64,000 bases of DNA from a virus, in IMG/VR virus record IMGVR_UViG_3300045973_000529, positions 64,001-128,000 of that record; one strand, given 5' to 3'. How positions within the stretch are numbered: position 1 is the first letter of the stretch; every line of letters begins with the position of its first letter. A program made the position numbers and the translations under genes. The notes below the pieces were generated by a model. The model was not told where the DNA came from, made no database searches, and saw only the letters and a list, made by a program, of their open reading frames with translations. Shown piece after piece: positions 60,801-64,000 of this stretch.

Positions 60801-63800
60801 GTGTACGAAGCTGGGCTACCGGCCGGGGTGATCCGTCTTCCATTCTTGGCAGATGTGCTGAACATCAACAAGGACATCCAGACGGTTGTTGATGTTCGAG
60901 CTGCGTCCGTCGCCAATGTACCACCACCAATTTCTGGCGCCCTGACGATCGACGGTGTCGCACTGTCGATTGGCGACAAGGTGTTGCTGAAGAATCAAAC
61001 AACTCTACCAGGTGGTTCCACTGCGAATGGGATTTGGGTTGTGTCCGCTGGCACTTGGGTGCGGCACGCTGACTACGACACAATTGCGGAAGTGAATAGT
61101 ACGTACGTAGTGCGTGTCAATGCTGGTACGCAAGCCAACAGCCTCTGGACACGGACATTGCCGCTGGATCCGTACACATACACACGTCTTGCAAACGTTG
61201 AGGTTGTAAATGGAAACACACTGCTGGTGGTGAATGCAGGGGCACTTGATGTTGTTGGCTACGGACCAGCTGCTCCCAAGTTCAATCCAGTGAAGCTGTT
61301 GAACTACGTCGATGCTGAAATGGTTGAGGAGATCCCAATCTGGCACCCAGCCGCCGGTCAACACGCACCAGTCGCAATGGAGTCAGTGAACATCGTCTCG
61401 ACCAAGGATCCGGCACGGTACAACAAGTCGACGCTGGTGACGGGGAACAGCAACTACGATCCACTACGGATGTGGGGTGCCAATGAAGTTGGTCGTGTCT
61501 GGTTTGACACTACGAGCCTCGAGTACCTGCCGTACTGGGACGCCAAGATCTACACGACCGTCGATGAGCGACTGGCGCGTTGGGGGACCCTAACCGACTA
61601 CGCTTCGGTGGATGTGGTTGAGTGGGTTGAGAGCACAGTTGCACCATCGTTGTACGATGCCCAAGCGGCGATCGATGCTGGCAACTCGGATCTGGACGCT
61701 CACACCCGTGCTGAAGGTACGGTGTACGGTGCCAAGACCTACCAGCGTGAACGTGTTTGGAACGTGTACCCTATCTTCTGGAGCCATGCTGCAGTTGCGG
61801 CAGAGGAAGCGCACCCACAGCCACTTGGGTCCTACGATTCGAATTTGTTCTTTACGGCGACCACCCCAGTGCTCGCGTATCTGGAAAGTAAGACATTCTT
61901 GCAGTGTGGTATTGGAGCTAGTGCTCGGCTTGGAGCTTGGCAAGATGATGTTACTCAGAACATTCAGCGCCCCTTGAGCGAGTACGTCGTGCTGGATGGA
62001 TTCACGAAGCACTTTGAGGGTATCCCGACCACAACCGTGAATTTTACGCAATCAAGCTACGCCCCTACGAGCACGTTGGCTGCTAAGGTATCCTTGACGG
62101 CCACCACTCACACTGAAACCATTGGGCAACTCTTGTTCGTCTTCGACTCCGTCGATTTGATTGCTACCCAATTGCGTGATGCTGACGGGCTGCTTACGAC
62201 AGCTTGGGACATTGCAACATACGTGCGGGTGATCGTGAACGGGGCTACGGAGATTTTCCAAGTTCGAAATGATCGCGGCACTGGTAGCACTTCTGCCGCG
62301 GCAATTGCAAGTGCCACGTTTGCAACATTGGCTGGACAGACATTCCAGTTCACCATTCCAGCTTACGGACTGCAGCTCACAGTAACCTCTCAATCAGCTG
62401 GTACACACAACACCACAATGCTTGCGGCTTTTATCGAAGCTGCTCTTAGTGGTAGCGTAACAATGTTCGATGCTGTCACTGTGGAAGCTGTGGTCAATCT
62501 CGACACCACGACGCTTGCTGAAGCTGGAATTAGCATTGGCGCATCGCACGGGTTCAGTAATACCAGCGATGCTAACGGGCAAATTCCAGACCCACTTTAC
62601 ACGGCAAACAGTGGTGTGGGTTGGCGTGCCTGGTCAGTTCCAACACAGGCGCAGTTGGATGCTGACTCGGTTGTTCCTAATAGCTCATGGTTGCCTTATG
62701 TTGGCATTCCTTATTCCTTCACACATGCAGCTGTCCCGATCGGTATCGTGCAAGACGCTGCAGCTGGAGCTTCGTACTCGTTGAACGACGGCACCACCAT
62801 CGAACGGTACTCAACAACCTGGAGTGACTGGACCGAGCTGCAACAAGCCATGATTCGTCAGACCCAGACGGCATTGGGTGTTCCGTCAATGACCATCGCA
62901 GTGCCAATTGTTTCAAGCGACCGTGTCTCCGTGTACGTGAACGGTGTTGCACAGCTCACTGGCACGTACACTCTGTCAGGTGGCACTCTCACTGTGCTTA
63001 GTGTTCCATACGGACACAATGTCACGGTCATCATCCGTGCGTACTCACCGTCGATCAAGGAGCTCGCATTTGATCCAGCAGCGAAGGATGATCTGCTGGT
63101 CCAGCGCCAGTACAAGACGGACTACCAGTACGTCGAGATCCCGGTGCGCGATAGTGCTGGTGCGTTGTCACTGACGAAGTACTACTTCTGGGTCAAGAAC
63201 CGTGCCACTGCAGCGCCGAAGAACAATCTGTCCGTGAAGGCTGTGACACAGCTCCTGACGAGCGGTCCGTCGCAGTACCTGACGTTCCAAAGCATCAACA
63301 GCTCTGCTCCGTTCGCGTACTCAGGGGTCGCCATTGCTGGGTTGAACTACTTGGTGACGAAGGACAACACCTTCAAGCTTCGCTTCACACGGAACTTCAC
63401 TCTGCGGGATGACCCAAATCAACTCGATCTGAAGGACACGCACGTTGAGTGGTCGCTGATCCGTCCAGGACAGCGCACCAAGATCCCTGAAGCCCTGTGG
63501 CTCAAGCTCACCAACACCGCTTGTGGTCAAGATCCAGCTGGAAACACGCTGCCATCGCCACGTCGAACAGCGTACGACGAGCGGAATGGAACCAAGACAC
63601 AGTTCGGGTTTGCTGATGACCAAGTGCTTGCTCCACCCGAGATGGTGCAAGTAACCTTGCTCTCCACGATCCTAAATACTCGGCTGGTGGATGATAGCGG
63701 CGTAGTGACTATTCCTGACTACATTGGGTTCCTGGACTTTGACCAGTACCTGACGTGGTTCGATACACCAGCACACACGCGAAACACCCTGACACGCATT

Positions 63801-63965
63801 TGGAACGAGGCGAAAGTGAGCCAGATCAATGAACTGTTCTTCGCAGTCCTTGAGGACATTGTTGCGGCGAACTATGAGCTGTCAGACGTGTTCAAGACTT
63901 CTCGCTTGAGCGCATACTCGATCAAGATCGTGCGTCCTAGCACCAATGCAACGGTGTACGAATGA
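54879..63965 (+). CDS. giant virion structural protein (3028 aa; baseplate wedge/tail-type)
   Basis: Uninterrupted 9-kb ORF after late box; three TIDG..L..GD.VL....NG(I/V)W.V..G.W.R repeats; specific role inferred. Confidence 0.8.
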   Translation: MAKDYHLPYLDLTNLVPSQQRNPMVKSLIDNLFNRFLTQDESVPLYGYVGVKPASVDDSTPKIMQSTVERDVNSLVPVLSFTAGQETFSYTPQDLIRKAEVLGVSADQSSWLYSQGNNYCPPIDFDRFTNFFNYYWVAKALPTVPVLPWNPTAAPEYYIMARPAPADLDKLNVHVATTTTVVLTGSGYYDQTWTVTFLTPTTFMIQANGSTIGFAPGEDLQGPFILPDLPPVSAPGPYPTIIDTFQFSIASSVEPLLIFNVVRDAILDNSGGPYAYEGFEAGDAFLIDAPFLSSTYSVSFSGGPGQKGKISGVNSLDTFQTIDGRVLQVNDRVLVRHGSPSDQGIYAVQSGAWVRTADFDDSTGTAQAGARVFVVNGSQADTLWVSFASGGGFGWTSTVNTVSNTSNWQEGNYWVHRDALTGVDLTKIVQASRPIIEFSANLKLNTRVASTGLPTDTGGTLYEQVKTEFNQAPLFDLYRYDGSHAHCVSPIFFYVEDATEAIDTVLQRRVKHSSNLSGDFLFDHGLRDTAGQLFYKDTSGALHSIWHPGYSSPSVIDTVYEGVGAGTIVLGAGANAFASQQIWTLVAETPTTFSVSGSKNKTLPTPYDVLTVGTPYSNGLFNATLFAGAIPFVAGDTYQFSFGNFETTRYVYRETNNQLYDLFGGPALDSDGIGAWQTPRMFFHNFAAASGGELPEGTLYSHFRGILANQLPGAVQDNAFGGSIKLWSEQENLLAALLMQRDVTPISMIDMAQQQYQVALNSVTDIYLSNILKYFSEVEVLNRPSDTAELLDYILAIRVQDNEVRTVLYDSTSPVPGFPATLPQLGVLPLVLPGAVFDDELGATLFQHHDGHLSSFFEQTPAFRDQFLGANTTIVRSDGLVTPAVGSYTTTAPAMPYKGLLWQYPGVDTEFRVFDVVSDSFIAPAAAGLVTGDYWYNRGVNILYRWAGAWVVEPNMLAPWVTINIAELLNDLIEAVETRLYYGISSAQRQYFSASDVKTAVNGPLGTQLQRELATWAAQNQFDPLAPDFVSTDAFTWNYSSSTLMAAMTPPFPARWFDVLRAHQATFGALVIPTARPNLEPWKLLGNPTKPSTWDTTWKNPVTPSDVAADASYANSWNVTVVKYSATNITTALTGLPTIDGVVLSAGQAVLLVSEGVAANNGVWVVSSGPWTRSAVVPMTLHTVVTVDRGTLFSGTSWALTTVTPLTFTQIRLWKSTMWTSIAASRPTLKLSVDVNRDALLPPYVSASLPWSSNALTTTMPSNPSAAYTFGQNSPVETVWKKTVDYRYALARALFRSAPLSFLGNCWGFEWQEVDGILYDGFDMAMPGQPNFRLHGDTISDVTRTAPFTAGLITSTAAYTLTIKHDGYTAARRQAFSVYDQNGVFVTTLLEGVATSMSNAGFTFTNVKIEDEGKPFRVGDTFTVTGSANGTGLSAVLTQANYHQINGFGQTFTQALRASSIDTSAGYAIQAFRNFNVNLGYRAGGLVNTDDLRVYSESVELPSSSYQLRFKKSQYANDLWLQALRITVVQPGAATVQGDRYYPAGDASDWVFRIEGYNTRYLGLQYYPLGGEYSTFNALSKAHTTLAWKHHSDKLGTPISTQLPLIVTGLQNVVNILFGYALKLEEDGWVFNDPDASNIDEATGRVRNWQLEIEKLVDAVYTGLTFGQGHVCNPFIDKVWLQQPTGLLASFSDTSLFDVHAHPAVFDTLGVKLKTDDLTVLRQRGVSRISASVPMFSVHAQVDEYEHLFVFNDLSSPSTGEGTIYDPFSGARVVMLKLNGRRQGPGTMRPEFGGHYMSGDEVRKNFQAATQTISKYYDADAVFEDELSTRHALALLGFSPKQYMTDLDLNNNTQFNFWRGLIQMKGTNASIGAFLNNDRFEDAKIDEYWAYKVAEYGDSRSKIFPELKLTVDDTLQQFTKFLFDDAPAADFTSFVLIKSSDETRWFTLDDLSDTPVTFEAQVVGTYSADVSPATVYEAGLPAGVIRLPFLADVLNINKDIQTVVDVRAASVANVPPPISGALTIDGVALSIGDKVLLKNQTTLPGGSTANGIWVVSAGTWVRHADYDTIAEVNSTYVVRVNAGTQANSLWTRTLPLDPYTYTRLANVEVVNGNTLLVVNAGALDVVGYGPAAPKFNPVKLLNYVDAEMVEEIPIWHPAAGQHAPVAMESVNIVSTKDPARYNKSTLVTGNSNYDPLRMWGANEVGRVWFDTTSLEYLPYWDAKIYTTVDERLARWGTLTDYASVDVVEWVESTVAPSLYDAQAAIDAGNSDLDAHTRAEGTVYGAKTYQRERVWNVYPIFWSHAAVAAEEAHPQPLGSYDSNLFFTATTPVLAYLESKTFLQCGIGASARLGAWQDDVTQNIQRPLSEYVVLDGFTKHFEGIPTTTVNFTQSSYAPTSTLAAKVSLTATTHTETIGQLLFVFDSVDLIATQLRDADGLLTTAWDIATYVRVIVNGATEIFQVRNDRGTGSTSAAAIASATFATLAGQTFQFTIPAYGLQLTVTSQSAGTHNTTMLAAFIEAALSGSVTMFDAVTVEAVVNLDTTTLAEAGISIGASHGFSNTSDANGQIPDPLYTANSGVGWRAWSVPTQAQLDADSVVPNSSWLPYVGIPYSFTHAAVPIGIVQDAAAGASYSLNDGTTIERYSTTWSDWTELQQAMIRQTQTALGVPSMTIAVPIVSSDRVSVYVNGVAQLTGTYTLSGGTLTVLSVPYGHNVTVIIRAYSPSIKELAFDPAAKDDLLVQRQYKTDYQYVEIPVRDSAGALSLTKYYFWVKNRATAAPKNNLSVKAVTQLLTSGPSQYLTFQSINSSAPFAYSGVAIAGLNYLVTKDNTFKLRFTRNFTLRDDPNQLDLKDTHVEWSLIRPGQRTKIPEALWLKLTNTACGQDPAGNTLPSPRRTAYDERNGTKTQFGFADDQVLAPPEMVQVTLLSTILNTRLVDDSGVVTIPDYIGFLDFDQYLTWFDTPAHTRNTLTRIWNEAKVSQINELFFAVLEDIVAANYELSDVFKTSRLSAYSIKIVRPSTNATVYE
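63673..63678 (+). promoter_or_regulatory. possible internal late box TAAATA
   Basis: cTAAATAc inside the CDS, ~285 nt before the next gene. Confidence 0.3.
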
Positions 63966-64000
63966 CCAACAAGAACTCGATCTATCTCGGAGCCCTGACC
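63962..64000 (+). CDS. next late gene, 3'-truncated by window edge
   Basis: ATGA overlap, MTNKNSIYLGALT... Confidence 0.55.
   Translation, partial: MTNKNSIYLGALT

Noticed and set aside
1-64000. tRNA genes
   Set aside because: GGTTCG-type T-loop strings seen (e.g. near 2566, 45321, 49447) lie inside CDSs and lack cloverleaf context; tRNAscan-SE would be decisive
1-64000. CRISPR array, DGR or integrase/prophage signals
   Set aside because: No regularly spaced repeat-spacer array, reverse transcriptase or recombinase motif; observed repeats are in-frame protein repeats
1-64000. Stop-codon reassignment, as TAG stops are rare
   Set aside because: All recognisable enzymes are full length under the standard code, and TAG ends at least one gene normally (20011-20013)

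Overview
Window from a large, GC-rich, T4-like lytic dsDNA phage, probably a jumbo myovirus; the exact phage and host cannot be identified from sequence alone. No host genes, tRNAs, CRISPR array or integrase are seen. It contains: (i) late virion modules (tail fibre cluster ~4.4-16.6 kb, a 703-aa baseplate/tail-type protein, and a 3028-aa giant virion protein at the right end), nearly all preceded by a (C/G)TAAATA(G/C) late-promoter box; (ii) a T4-like replication block (DsbA-like protein, family B polymerase, probable sliding clamp, RNase H) and nucleotide genes (thymidylate synthase, NUDIX, P-loop kinase, DEDDh exonuclease, PhoH); (iii) accessory clusters of small ORFs with an Rnl1-type RNA ligase, Thg1, a cyclic-phosphate receiver-like domain, a MoxR/vWA-metallopeptidase pair, a macrodomain, a SLOG protein, a GIY-YIG nuclease and a putative head-packaged ADP-ribosyltransferase-fold protein. 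The strongest unexplained signals are regulatory. One is a three-part early promoter with an orientation-independent CCGTTACA box fixed 32-33 nt upstream of the -10. Others are several leaderless genes, RNA hairpins that would lock late genes off in read-through transcripts, a multi-stem RNA with an anti-SD switch in the phoH leader, and an identical 18-bp perfect palindrome at two convergent junctions 17 kb apart. All family calls come from motif recognition by eye and all positions were counted manually; no database search was run.
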